Below are positions 20,597-29,682 of a DNA stretch of 64,000 bases, one piece after another. The stretch is from the IMG/VR virus record IMGVR_UViG_3300025543_005580, positions 47,990 through 111,989 of that record. One strand, 5' to 3'. This DNA is from a virus. The notes below the pieces were generated by a model. It saw only the letters and a list, made by a program, of their open reading frames with translations, was not told where the DNA came from and ran no database searches. Position numbers and translations under genes: made by a program. Within the stretch, counting starts at the first letter, position 1. Every line of letters starts with the position of its first letter.

Positions 20597-21180
20597 TATA
20601 GTCTTGCTAATTTAATATTAACTCTATCTGCTGGTACATAATGTGCTTGACATATTACCGATATAGATGAACCAAAATTCCCTAAATTAAATTCGCCAGG
20701 GGCTGATAATGGGTTATTTCCATCATCATCATTAAATGGATAATCTGGGTTTAATCCTCTAAAGAATTGGTTTGAATTAGTATTATCTACTTCCCAATAT
20801 CCATTTTGATACATAATTATATCACCTACTTCAGGAACCAAATTAGCTCCATATATGTTTGAGAATTCAAAATCATAATTAAAATCCCAATCCATTTTAT
20901 TTAATAAATCGTCTCTTAAAAATTTAAAAGTAATAGACCATGAAAAATCAACACCCATATCACTTTCGGGAAACTCTTGGTCACTACGTTCTATTAAACA
21001 TGATAGTATTACAGGATCAGCAAAATATCTACCTTCAGCGGCTTCACCATACATGTTTACTTTTGTTTCTTTAATCATATATTTGTAATATACACATTCC
21101 TCGGAAATGATATTACTAATCAATTCGCGGTTAATGTTTCTAAAGAAACTAATATCTCTTGCTTCGCCGTATAATGCCAT
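20596..21180 (-). CDS. gp14: Neck/head-closure protein, T4 gp14-like
   Basis: NMYGE...F and PEVGDII...WEV motifs; synteny with the gp13-like and gp15-like genes. Confidence 0.65.
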   Translation of the reverse strand: MALYGEARDISFFRNINRELISNIISEECVYYKYMIKETKVNMYGEAAEGRYFADPVILSCLIERSDQEFPESDMGVDFSWSITFKFLRDDLLNKMDWDFNYDFEFSNIYGANLVPEVGDIIMYQNGYWEVDNTNSNQFFRGLNPDYPFNDDDGNNPLSAPGEFNLGNFGSSISVICQAHYVPADRVNIKLARL

Positions 21181-21181
21181 A

Positions 21182-22690
21182 TTAACCTATAAAAATTGTC
21201 ATTGGTACATTGTTTATTTCAGCAACACGTGCTACTGATTCTGCTTGTCTTCTTTCAAGTAATGCTTGACGTGAAGTTTCATTAAAGTATGTTCTTAATC
21301 TTTCAATTAAGGCATTTTTTTCTGCTGTAGCTGCTGATAGTAGATCACTTTGGTTTAATGTTACTTCAGCTCCTGGAATAGGGACTGTGGCATATTTACC
21401 TCTAACATATCCTAAAGTTTCTTTTACAATAGCTAATGTATACTCAAATATCCAACTTCTACCCACTGAATTTATTTGGGAATATATTGGGTTATTATAT
21501 GGGGCGTTTGATTCATTTGTTATTTTAGAAGGAGCATCAGTTAATGCTGCGTTTGTTCTAGCATCTAATTCTACATAATTAAACCATAATTTAGCAGGAT
21601 TACCTATATTACGATTAGTAATATCATCTTCTTGTAGGGTATATATTGCTGAGGTTGAATTAAGGCCTAATTTAGTAGCGGGGATTGTTAAAAAATCTCC
21701 TTTTTTATATCCACTACCAGCTGTTGTTACAGTAATACTTGTAATAGCTCCACTAGAAACTGTTACTATTAAAGTAGCATTAGTACCACCTCCATTTGTT
21801 GTTGGAATAACAGTATAAGTTCCATCAGTTGTATTTGTAGGAGGAGTTGTTATTGATGTTAACAATGAATCTACGGTTGTTACTAAGGCTCCTGATGCTT
21901 GATTTTGGAAAGTTGGTATAGGAAATATTCTTAATTTATTATTAATTAGCTGGAAGGTATAATTGGATAATCTAACTTGATTTGACATTTCAATCGCTTG
22001 GATAGTTTGCATATCAAAGCTTAAAGGCATCATCAAAAAGTTAATTCCAGGACCATATCCTAACCCAGCAAATCCAAATGCTGTTGCTCCACCAAATCCA
22101 CCTCCTTGACCTGCCCAAGGAGAATACATTTCACTTACCGCTGGGGTATCTTGGTAAAATACTTGTTTTACTTCTATCCCACCTGTTATATTTTGATTTT
22201 CAGCCCATTGGGCTAAATCATAATCTTGGATACCTGCTTCTAAAGCTATTGAACCACTTTTCCAATCTACATTCCCACCAGTACCTGCTTCCTCGCCGTA
22301 TTGTAAAGATAATCTAACTATATTATCAAATGAGGGTGTTACTATAGAATGGTTTATATCAGGGCCTGTTGAACTATAAGGATTATCACCTCCTTCAATA
22401 GATAACATATTATCTCTTACTTTAAAAGCATATAATTCATTACCATACACAGTAACTGCTTCTTCAAAGGATGCCCAAAATTGAATATCTTGTAATTCTA
22501 CATTTTCAATAGGATAACCTAATCTTCTAGCGCAAAAATCAGTAACACGATTTGCATCACTTTTAAAATCAGAATCACTATCATAAAACCCAAAGGGAGT
22601 TGGTGAACTGCCTGTTGGTGGGGTATTATAAAAGGATGCTGATGCTACTGTAAAATCAACAGATCCACTATATATAGGAATATTAGCCAT
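21182..22690 (-). CDS. gp13: Neck/head-tail adaptor protein, T4 gp13-like, with an inserted domain
   Basis: RRLGYPIENVELQDIQ at the N-terminus and WIFEYTLAIVKETLGYVRGKY..PG.EVTLN at the C-terminus. Confidence 0.75.
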   Translation of the reverse strand: MANIPIYSGSVDFTVASASFYNTPPTGSSPTPFGFYDSDSDFKSDANRVTDFCARRLGYPIENVELQDIQFWASFEEAVTVYGNELYAFKVRDNMLSIEGGDNPYSSTGPDINHSIVTPSFDNIVRLSLQYGEEAGTGGNVDWKSGSIALEAGIQDYDLAQWAENQNITGGIEVKQVFYQDTPAVSEMYSPWAGQGGGFGGATAFGFAGLGYGPGINFLMMPLSFDMQTIQAIEMSNQVRLSNYTFQLINNKLRIFPIPTFQNQASGALVTTVDSLLTSITTPPTNTTDGTYTVIPTTNGGGTNATLIVTVSSGAITSITVTTAGSGYKKGDFLTIPATKLGLNSTSAIYTLQEDDITNRNIGNPAKLWFNYVELDARTNAALTDAPSKITNESNAPYNNPIYSQINSVGRSWIFEYTLAIVKETLGYVRGKYATVPIPGAEVTLNQSDLLSAATAEKNALIERLRTYFNETSRQALLERRQAESVARVAEINNVPMTIFIG

Positions 22691-22730
22691 ACTTTTTGAT
22701 TATAAATATTGAAGAAAATTGAACTAATTA

Positions 22731-23465
22731 CTACTTTTTATTTCTCCCACTAGTACCGGAAGAACCAGACATAATACCTCGTTCAACAGCATCCTCATAT
22801 ATACCAATTAATTCTTCAACAATTGGATCTCTGTGGTTTTGTTTTAATGTAATACTAACCATATTTTTTACTTTTCTAGCAGCTGCATATAGAAATCTAA
22901 ATCCAGATTCACGTTTTGATTTCAGATCTACTTGATGGTCATCACCACAAATTACCATTTTACTACGTAAACCAATACGTGTAGTAATCATTTCCATTTG
23001 TTCATGTGTTACGTTTTGCGCTTCATCTACAATAACCATACTATCAACAAATGTTCTTCCTCTCATAAATGATACAGGTACAATTTCAATTTTACCTTCT
23101 TCAATAAATTTTTCAATTTTTACTTTATCATATAAAAGAAACATATTCTGATAGATAGGTTGTACCCATGGGTCCATTTTTTCTCTTAAATCACCTGGTA
23201 GGAAACCTATATCTTCTTTCGATACTGTAGGGCGTGTTATGATAACTTTTTCATATTGTTTTCTAAATAATCCATCTAATGCCACTTGACATGCTAATAA
23301 TGTTTTACCTGAACCTGCTGAACCTGCTAATACAGTTAATGTATTATTTAATATTTGTTCTTTTGCTTGTTTTTGTTCTTCATTTAATTGTAATTTAAAT
23401 TTAATTGGATTTTTCAATACTTTTTTTTCTCTGAATACCTCATCGGTATGTGATTTTGAAGACAT
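22731..23465 (-). CDS. phoH: PhoH family ATPase (likely start MSSKSH at 23465)
   Basis: GSAGSGKT Walker A, IGFLPG, FMRGRTF, IVDEAQN, GDDHQVDL, NHRDPIV. Confidence 0.93.
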   Translation of the reverse strand: MSSKSHTDEVFREKKVLKNPIKFKLQLNEEQKQAKEQILNNTLTVLAGSAGSGKTLLACQVALDGLFRKQYEKVIITRPTVSKEDIGFLPGDLREKMDPWVQPIYQNMFLLYDKVKIEKFIEEGKIEIVPVSFMRGRTFVDSMVIVDEAQNVTHEQMEMITTRIGLRSKMVICGDDHQVDLKSKRESGFRFLYAAARKVKNMVSITLKQNHRDPIVEELIGIYEDAVERGIMSGSSGTSGRNKK

Positions 23466-23539
23466 ATACTTTGTTAATTTAGTGAAAATTATATAACTTA
23501 TTATTTTATTATACATATTAATAATATACAATATATAAC

Positions 23540-23568
23540 AAAAAAGAGCCCTGCTTTCGCAGGGCTCC
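23540..23568 (-). terminator. Rho-independent terminator after the major capsid gene
   Basis: GAGCCCTGC-GAAA-GCAGGGCTC followed by a U tract on the minus strand. Confidence 0.9.
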
Positions 23569-23601
23569 TTTAATTTAGAATATTACTTCTTAAATCTAAT
23601 T

Positions 23602-25260
23602 CTAGATAGTATCTAAACCAGCTACATAGATTTTACCATAGTACTCAGGACGTAACATCTTCTTAGCGTAACGAGTCATCAAACCTTTACGTGGAGTAAA
23701 CGTTTCTGGATCGTACACAAGAGGAGTCATGATTAATGGAATGTAAGGAGCAAATACAGCACCTGTTTCCAAGAATTGAGAACCTCTATATCCCATTAAC
23801 ATTAAGTTGTTAGTGAAATATGGATTTTTGTAAACTTTGTAACGGTTATTGATTGTACCAATTTTTTGTACACCAAATGCGTACTCACCTTGAGCAGCAT
23901 CACCGTTAGCGTTTGAAGCAAATCCTGGGATTGATTCCAAGATAGTAGCTACTGTTGGAGAAGTAACAATAAAGTTAGCACCACCTCTAAGAGTTAATTG
24001 GTGAATTTTATTGCTCAATTTCTGCATTTTAGTACCTAAAGTTTGGAACCACTCACCTTGAGAGTTGTAGAAACCAGTTTGTGCTACAGTTGTTGGGAAA
24101 TCGAAACTTGAACCATTCCAAACACCGTTGTTTTTAGCTGTCCAGTACTCAGTACCTGCAGCAGCATCAGCGATTAACATATCTAAGATTTCCAAATCAA
24201 TTTCCATTGAAATGTACTCACTCATGATATTTGTTAATTCAGCTTCAGCATCGATGTTTTGGTATGCAGCTAAATCTTGAGCGAACTCAGGAGTCCATAC
24301 TGCTTTCAATTTCTTGGTTTTAGCAGTAATAGCTTGTGATTGCATTTTAACGTTAATTTCTGGAATAACGATGTTAGTCGCAGATAAATCGTTAGGAGAT
24401 GCGTAACCTGGAAGTGCTTGGTCAGCTTCAAAATCACCACGGTTAATATCTGTAGTTAACTTGTTGAAGTATACAGAAGCGGGGTTAAACGTAGGCTGTA
24501 CAGATTGAGATACGAAGAACTCAAGATCAGTACCGTTAGTAGCAACTCTAGTTAAGTCTGAAAGGTTTTCAGCTAAAGTTACATCTGATGAAGAGATAAC
24601 AAATGCAGCAACACCATCTAAATCAGCATTAGCTGGGGCAGCAACAGTTACTTTCCAAATTTCACCTGCAACAAAAGAAGCAGAATATGCATCGTTTACA
24701 TCGATATCTTTGTAATCAGCAGAAACAGCAACAGTTACAGAACCTGTAAGGATAGAAGCTGTGAACTGGTTAGTTGAATAAGCAAAACGACCAGCACCGT
24801 ATAAACCACCTTCAGCTGCAGGAGTTGAGAATGGATAAGAACCAGCAGCGTTACGATCACCATAAAGTGACTCACCAACTGCGAAAGGAGTTTTAGCATT
24901 TCCGTATTGGAAATCTAAGAAGAACACTAGACCAGAAGGCATGTTCATAGGTTGAACAGAAACGAATTCTTTAGCTACGATAGTACCGAATACTTTTCTT
25001 ACTAAAGGTAAAGCAATACCAGCCCAGTTTTCACCTTCAGTACCTGAAGTGAAACCAGAGTTAGTAGAGATTACGTTAGTTTCTGTTACTAATTGTTTTG
25101 CTTGGTTTTCGAGCATCAAAGACATATTGTTCTTCTCAACTTCACCAAGACCTTCAAGTAGTCCTGTTTTAGACCACTTACCTGCTAATTTAGCAGCGTC
25201 AGACTGTAGGTTCTTCCATGAACCAGCAGCAGACTCGAGTAATGAATTTACTTGTGACAT
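23602..25260 (-). CDS. gp23: Major capsid protein, T4 gp23-like
   Basis: VSVQPMNMPSGLVF, AKTKKLKAVWTPEFAQDL, IDAEAELTNIMSEYISMEID, FAPYIPL, TPRKGLMTRY. Confidence 0.95.
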   Translation of the reverse strand: MSQVNSLLESAAGSWKNLQSDAAKLAGKWSKTGLLEGLGEVEKNNMSLMLENQAKQLVTETNVISTNSGFTSGTEGENWAGIALPLVRKVFGTIVAKEFVSVQPMNMPSGLVFFLDFQYGNAKTPFAVGESLYGDRNAAGSYPFSTPAAEGGLYGAGRFAYSTNQFTASILTGSVTVAVSADYKDIDVNDAYSASFVAGEIWKVTVAAPANADLDGVAAFVISSSDVTLAENLSDLTRVATNGTDLEFFVSQSVQPTFNPASVYFNKLTTDINRGDFEADQALPGYASPNDLSATNIVIPEINVKMQSQAITAKTKKLKAVWTPEFAQDLAAYQNIDAEAELTNIMSEYISMEIDLEILDMLIADAAAGTEYWTAKNNGVWNGSSFDFPTTVAQTGFYNSQGEWFQTLGTKMQKLSNKIHQLTLRGGANFIVTSPTVATILESIPGFASNANGDAAQGEYAFGVQKIGTINNRYKVYKNPYFTNNLMLMGYRGSQFLETGAVFAPYIPLIMTPLVYDPETFTPRKGLMTRYAKKMLRPEYYGKIYVAGLDTI

Positions 25261-25286
25261 TGTTTTTTAATTTTTAATTTTTAATT

Positions 25287-26396
25287 TTACTTAATTCCGG
25301 CAAGTTTTTGCCATCTTGCAACTTGAGAATCAACCTCTACAATAAGTTTTTTAGTCGGGGCATTACCCATTGCTTTTGATGCTCTACCTAAATTTTCTTT
25401 AACAACAGACTTTGCTGGGGTTAAACCTTCGTTTAATGTTTCAAACACTAGTTTAACTTCTGTTACGGTAGTTGCTTTATCAAATGCAGCTAATACTTTT
25501 GCTTTTTGGCTTTCGCTCAAATTTTTACCTCTGAAGATTTTATTAACATAAAGGAGTTTAGCATTCAACATATTAACTTCCATTAATTCTGATTTTAGTG
25601 CTTCTACTTCTTCTTTAATTTTTTCAAGATCTTCTTTCTCGTCCTTCATACCGTCTTTGTAGCCTTCTTCTTCAGCATCTGTACGAGCATCTTCTTCAAG
25701 ATCTTCTTTCTCGTCCTTCATGCCGTCCTTGTAGCCTTCTTCCTCAGCGTCAGTACGAGCGTTTTCATCCACAGTTACTTCTTCTTCGTCTTCTACTTCA
25801 ATATCAACATCCATATCAGATTCTTCATCTTCTTCGTCTGCATCAATTTCACCTTCTAACTCACCAGCTTTAACCATGTCTGCGATTACGTCTTCAATGA
25901 ATGATTTAAGATCGTCTTCTGACATATCTTCAAGATCAATTTCTTCATCTTCGTCTTTGTCTTCTTCGTCCTCTTTCTCGTCTTCCATTCCGTCGAGGTA
26001 ACCCTCTTCTTCTGCGTCTGTACGAGCATCTTCATTTAATTCGTTGTCGAGTTCAGCTAATAATTCGTCTAAATCCATTTCGTCTACTTCTTCAGCTTCA
26101 TCTACTTCTTTAGTACCAAGTTTTTTCTTGCCCATTTGGCCTTCGTACCCTTCAGCATCATCTGCTTCATCCATTTTCTTAACTTCTTTAGCTTCTTCTT
26201 TAGCTTCATCAGTTTTCATTTTGGCTTCTTCTAAATCGTCCTCTTCATCCATTTCGGCTAACTTTGCAGATAGCTTTTCTTTTAGATAAGGTGAGAATGA
26301 TTCTTCAAGTGCCATTTTTGCATTTGCAATAGCTGTTTCTTTAACTGCTTTAGCATCTGCGATTGCTTCTTTTAACAAATTTCTATTTGTTGCCAT
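25287..26396 (-). CDS. Prohead scaffold/core protein, gp22-like (likely start MATNRN at 26396)
   Basis: Highly acidic coiled-coil protein between the protease and capsid genes; LNAKLLY motif and RWQKLAGI C-terminus. Confidence 0.75.
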   Translation of the reverse strand: MATNRNLLKEAIADAKAVKETAIANAKMALEESFSPYLKEKLSAKLAEMDEEDDLEEAKMKTDEAKEEAKEVKKMDEADDAEGYEGQMGKKKLGTKEVDEAEEVDEMDLDELLAELDNELNEDARTDAEEEGYLDGMEDEKEDEEDKDEDEEIDLEDMSEDDLKSFIEDVIADMVKAGELEGEIDADEEDEESDMDVDIEVEDEEEVTVDENARTDAEEEGYKDGMKDEKEDLEEDARTDAEEEGYKDGMKDEKEDLEKIKEEVEALKSELMEVNMLNAKLLYVNKIFRGKNLSESQKAKVLAAFDKATTVTEVKLVFETLNEGLTPAKSVVKENLGRASKAMGNAPTKKLIVEVDSQVARWQKLAGIK

Positions 26397-26532
26397 TTTT
26401 GTCCTCAATTTAATTGTTGGAAATACGTTTATTGTTGGCGAGTGCCGAAACGTAATAAATAATTTATTTACTGATGCCATATAGGAAATGGCATATTATA
26501 CTAATACATATATGGGTATATTTCGAAGTCGC

Positions 26533-26580
26533 AAAAGAAAAAAAGACCCGAGAGCAGATCTTACGGTATGCAACTCGGGT
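26533..26580 (-). terminator. Terminator with extended internal loop, downstream of the prohead protease gene
   Basis: ACCCGAG...CTCGGGT stem followed by CTTTTTTTCTTTT on the minus strand. Confidence 0.7.
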
Positions 26581-26608
26581 TCATTTAATGCCTAAGGTAG
26601 CAGGCGAG

Positions 26609-27208
26609 TTAAATTACCGGACAAGTGCCATTAGCACACAGTATTTCCGATAATATTGTATTTACTTTTAAGTATTTATCTACTTGAACTTCTTGTCCTT
26701 CTTTAATCATATGCATGTATGATCCTGGGTTTGATGGGGTGGAAACAAAATCCCAACATAATAATTCGAAATCGTCTTGGACTTCTAATACACCATTTCT
26801 ATCCTCTAATGAACCCATACCTCGTGATGACACACCAACTTGTACGTTATTTTCAATTAATGCTTTAAGAATATTTCCTGATGTTGTAGGTAGTACTTCA
26901 ATTTTACCCATTACTTGATCTCCATCCCACCACATATCTCTAATAATATGGGATACATTTTTAAGATTGATGATAGAGGATTCTGGGTGGTCTAATTCAC
27001 CTGTTGCTCTATTTTCTTTTACAAGTACTCTGTATTTATCGATTTCACGTTCCCATAGATCTTTTGAATAATAACGACCATTGCCATTTTTTACTTCAGC
27101 AGTCGCTAAGATACCTTCAACTAATGGGTTACCTGATGGGGCTACCGATTCAGTTAAGCTAACTGGTTTAGCATTAAATGCTTGGGTTTCTATGAGGACC
27201 TGTTTCAT
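26609..27208 (-). CDS. gp21: Prohead protease, T4 gp21-like
   Basis: KNGNGRYY, GELDHP, VSHII, GVSSRGMGS, WDFVSTPS. Confidence 0.93.
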   Translation of the reverse strand: MKQVLIETQAFNAKPVSLTESVAPSGNPLVEGILATAEVKNGNGRYYSKDLWEREIDKYRVLVKENRATGELDHPESSIINLKNVSHIIRDMWWDGDQVMGKIEVLPTTSGNILKALIENNVQVGVSSRGMGSLEDRNGVLEVQDDFELLCWDFVSTPSNPGSYMHMIKEGQEVQVDKYLKVNTILSEILCANGTCPVI

Positions 27209-27209
27209 A

Positions 27210-27821
27210 TTAGTATCCTGATTCTTTATATTTGTCTACATCACCATATCCTGATTCTTTGTGTTTACCTTTAGGTTCAACAACTTTACCAGCTCCTGGA
27301 ACATCATCTTGGTAACCATCAATTTTAAGACCAAATGCTGAATTAGTAGTATAGAATGTCATATCTTTAGCTAAATTTTTAGCTACAATATCTTTTAATT
27401 CTTTAACTGTTTTATCTTCATTTTTTGGATCTTCCATCTCAACATAATATCCTGATAAGAATGCTTGGCCATAGATATTATCTATGTTTTTTTCATCTTT
27501 GTAGTCATAGTTTTTAGTTTCTAAATCGACTACATCTTTATCAGTTTCTTTTACTTCTGCCTTTACTTCTTCTGCTAAAAAATTAGCAAATGCTGTTTCG
27601 TATGAAGTTTTTTTAGATGTATGTGTTTGATTAGATTCCAAAGAAATAACACCTCCGATACCTTCAGAAATAATATTTTTACCTTGAAGAATATTTACGG
27701 TTTGTTCAAACGTATTATTAACAGTGAGAAATTTAGGAAATTGTCTCAATGCTTGTTTTAAAAAGAAATTTTTATCTCCTTTTCCTTCTTTAATTAAATT
27801 GTACTGTTGTTGTAGTGTCAT
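27210..27821 (-). CDS. Hypothetical head-cluster protein (203 aa)
   Basis: Lies between portal and protease; contains LIKE/IISE/FLAE candidate processing sites; late motif at 27825-27832. Confidence 0.6.
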   Translation of the reverse strand: MTLQQQYNLIKEGKGDKNFFLKQALRQFPKFLTVNNTFEQTVNILQGKNIISEGIGGVISLESNQTHTSKKTSYETAFANFLAEEVKAEVKETDKDVVDLETKNYDYKDEKNIDNIYGQAFLSGYYVEMEDPKNEDKTVKELKDIVAKNLAKDMTFYTTNSAFGLKIDGYQDDVPGAGKVVEPKGKHKESGYGDVDKYKESGY

Positions 27822-27832
27822 GATTATAAATA

Positions 27833-28801
27833 TTAATCTTTAAACATTTCGATTAAATCGTCTAAATAATCTACAGCTAAATCGGTGCCATAAACTACTT
27901 TAAAATCGGGGTTTTGTTTGTAATGGTCCATTGTTTTAATTTTAGCTTTAGCTAATAATGGAATGAGTTCATTTAGTTTATTTTCTACTTTATCAAATCC
28001 TAAGATACGAGAAGTAATGTGTTTTTTTAATGCTGAGCTTTCAATACCTAAATTATTAATATACTCCTCAACATTAATATCTGCTTCATTCAATGGAGTT
28101 GTTTTACTTTTAGATAAATCAACAATTGCTATTGTTTTTGAATCGTGAGGTTTAGGTGCTAATTTATATTTAAAAGTTTTAACTAATACATTATCTTTAA
28201 CTCCTTCAGGTCCAGCTGATGGACCTGGGCCCATTGTTGCTCCAGGACCTTCTTCTACTGGGGCTAATTTATATCCATACTTTTTAACTAGTATATCATT
28301 ATCAGTCCCATCTGCATCTTTATTTTTGTTAAAAGCGAATGGGGTATTATATGAACCAGCACCACCAGCAGTTGATATTTCTTCAACATCTTCTTCATTA
28401 ACAGACAATATATTTATTTCATCTAATAAGTTTTTAGCTTGTCTGTATTGGTCTGGGTAGTTTTTTCTAAGGTGGGTTCTATATTTATTAAATACACTTT
28501 TTAAATCATTAGCAATAGATTGAATACTTGCATCATCTTTTGCTTCTTTACTACTCATTAATATCTTTAAAGCTTTTACTGCTTGAGACATTTGTTTTAA
28601 TGAATCACCAAAACTAGCTAATTTAATAACATCATGGGAAACAGAATTAGTTTCAGTATCAATATCTCCTGTTTTAAAATAAGTATCTAAATCATCCGAG
28701 AAAAAATCAGTATCCTTGATAGGACCATATTGGTCCTCAAGGCGTTTGAGTAAAGCTGGATCTACATCTTTTGGTTTTAAAGATTCGTTTAGATTATTCA
28801 T
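27833..28801 (-). CDS. Hypothetical head-cluster protein (322 aa)
   Basis: LNE/VEE-delimited segments and an EISTAGGAGSYNTPFAF motif; head-gene context. Confidence 0.6.
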   Translation of the reverse strand: MNNLNESLKPKDVDPALLKRLEDQYGPIKDTDFFSDDLDTYFKTGDIDTETNSVSHDVIKLASFGDSLKQMSQAVKALKILMSSKEAKDDASIQSIANDLKSVFNKYRTHLRKNYPDQYRQAKNLLDEINILSVNEEDVEEISTAGGAGSYNTPFAFNKNKDADGTDNDILVKKYGYKLAPVEEGPGATMGPGPSAGPEGVKDNVLVKTFKYKLAPKPHDSKTIAIVDLSKSKTTPLNEADINVEEYINNLGIESSALKKHITSRILGFDKVENKLNELIPLLAKAKIKTMDHYKQNPDFKVVYGTDLAVDYLDDLIEMFKD

Positions 28802-29651
28802 TTGCTAATTTTAATTCTTCTAATAATTCACAATATTGTAAAAGATTAATTAAGTTATCATCATTAACATGAGATGTTTTACCTAATGGTTGTAATAAAT
28901 TAGCTACTTCATTAATTTTAATCTTAATTACTTGTGATTGAGTTTGAGTCGCTAAAATATTTAATTCTTCTTTTATTAAAGATATTTTATTATTATAATA
29001 TTCCTTTAATTTAGGAGTATTATCTACCGAATTAATAAATTCTCTAAGAATTTCTTTTTGATCATTATTTAATGTACCGTACTTATCATTAAATTTTTCT
29101 AAAAGGACTCTATATGTAAGAATTCTAATATCTTTATCATATGATTGAAATTCTTGAATCAAATCAGCTTCAACTTTTTTAGATTCGATAGGTGAAGCAA
29201 CCATATATTCTAATAAGGTTACTTTATTATCAATAATTTGATTAGGATTTGACAATACATCACTATTATATATTTCTAGAAGAGTATATAAAGAAGCATA
29301 TGTTTTATAACTTGGTAATTTAGTTTTAAAAAATTCTTCTAAGTTATAATGTTTAGATATTTCTTTAATTAAGTTATATTTTTGTCTTTTTAAAACACTA
29401 CGATTAAGTGAGCGTGAACTCTCAATAATTGTAGTTAAAATCATATCTGCTTTTGCTTCTGATATATTTTGGTGTTTTGAAATAGTCTCGTATAATTTAT
29501 ATTCTTTCCCTAATTCAGATTTTACAAAGAATTTTTTCATTATTCCAGACGCTTTTGAATTATTACCAGATAAAGTATCCGCCGTAATTTGTCTTACGAG
29601 TAATTCAAAAAGAAGCCCAGTATTTTTATACTTTGAATGTTTAATATTCAT
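28794..29651 (-). CDS. Hypothetical head protein downstream of portal (285 aa)
   Basis: Alpha-helical ORF beginning IKHSKYKNTGLLFELL; late motif at 29667-29674. Confidence 0.6.
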   Translation of the reverse strand: MNIKHSKYKNTGLLFELLVRQITADTLSGNNSKASGIMKKFFVKSELGKEYKLYETISKHQNISEAKADMILTTIIESSRSLNRSVLKRQKYNLIKEISKHYNLEEFFKTKLPSYKTYASLYTLLEIYNSDVLSNPNQIIDNKVTLLEYMVASPIESKKVEADLIQEFQSYDKDIRILTYRVLLEKFNDKYGTLNNDQKEILREFINSVDNTPKLKEYYNNKISLIKEELNILATQTQSQVIKIKINEVANLLQPLGKTSHVNDDNLINLLQYCELLEELKLANE

Positions 29652-29682
29652 TCCCTAGGATTTTATTATAAATATATAAAAA

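Noticed and set aside
26400-26608. tRNA or self-cleaving ribozyme
   Set aside because: No cloverleaf or T-loop, and no convincing hammerhead, twister or HDV core by eye.
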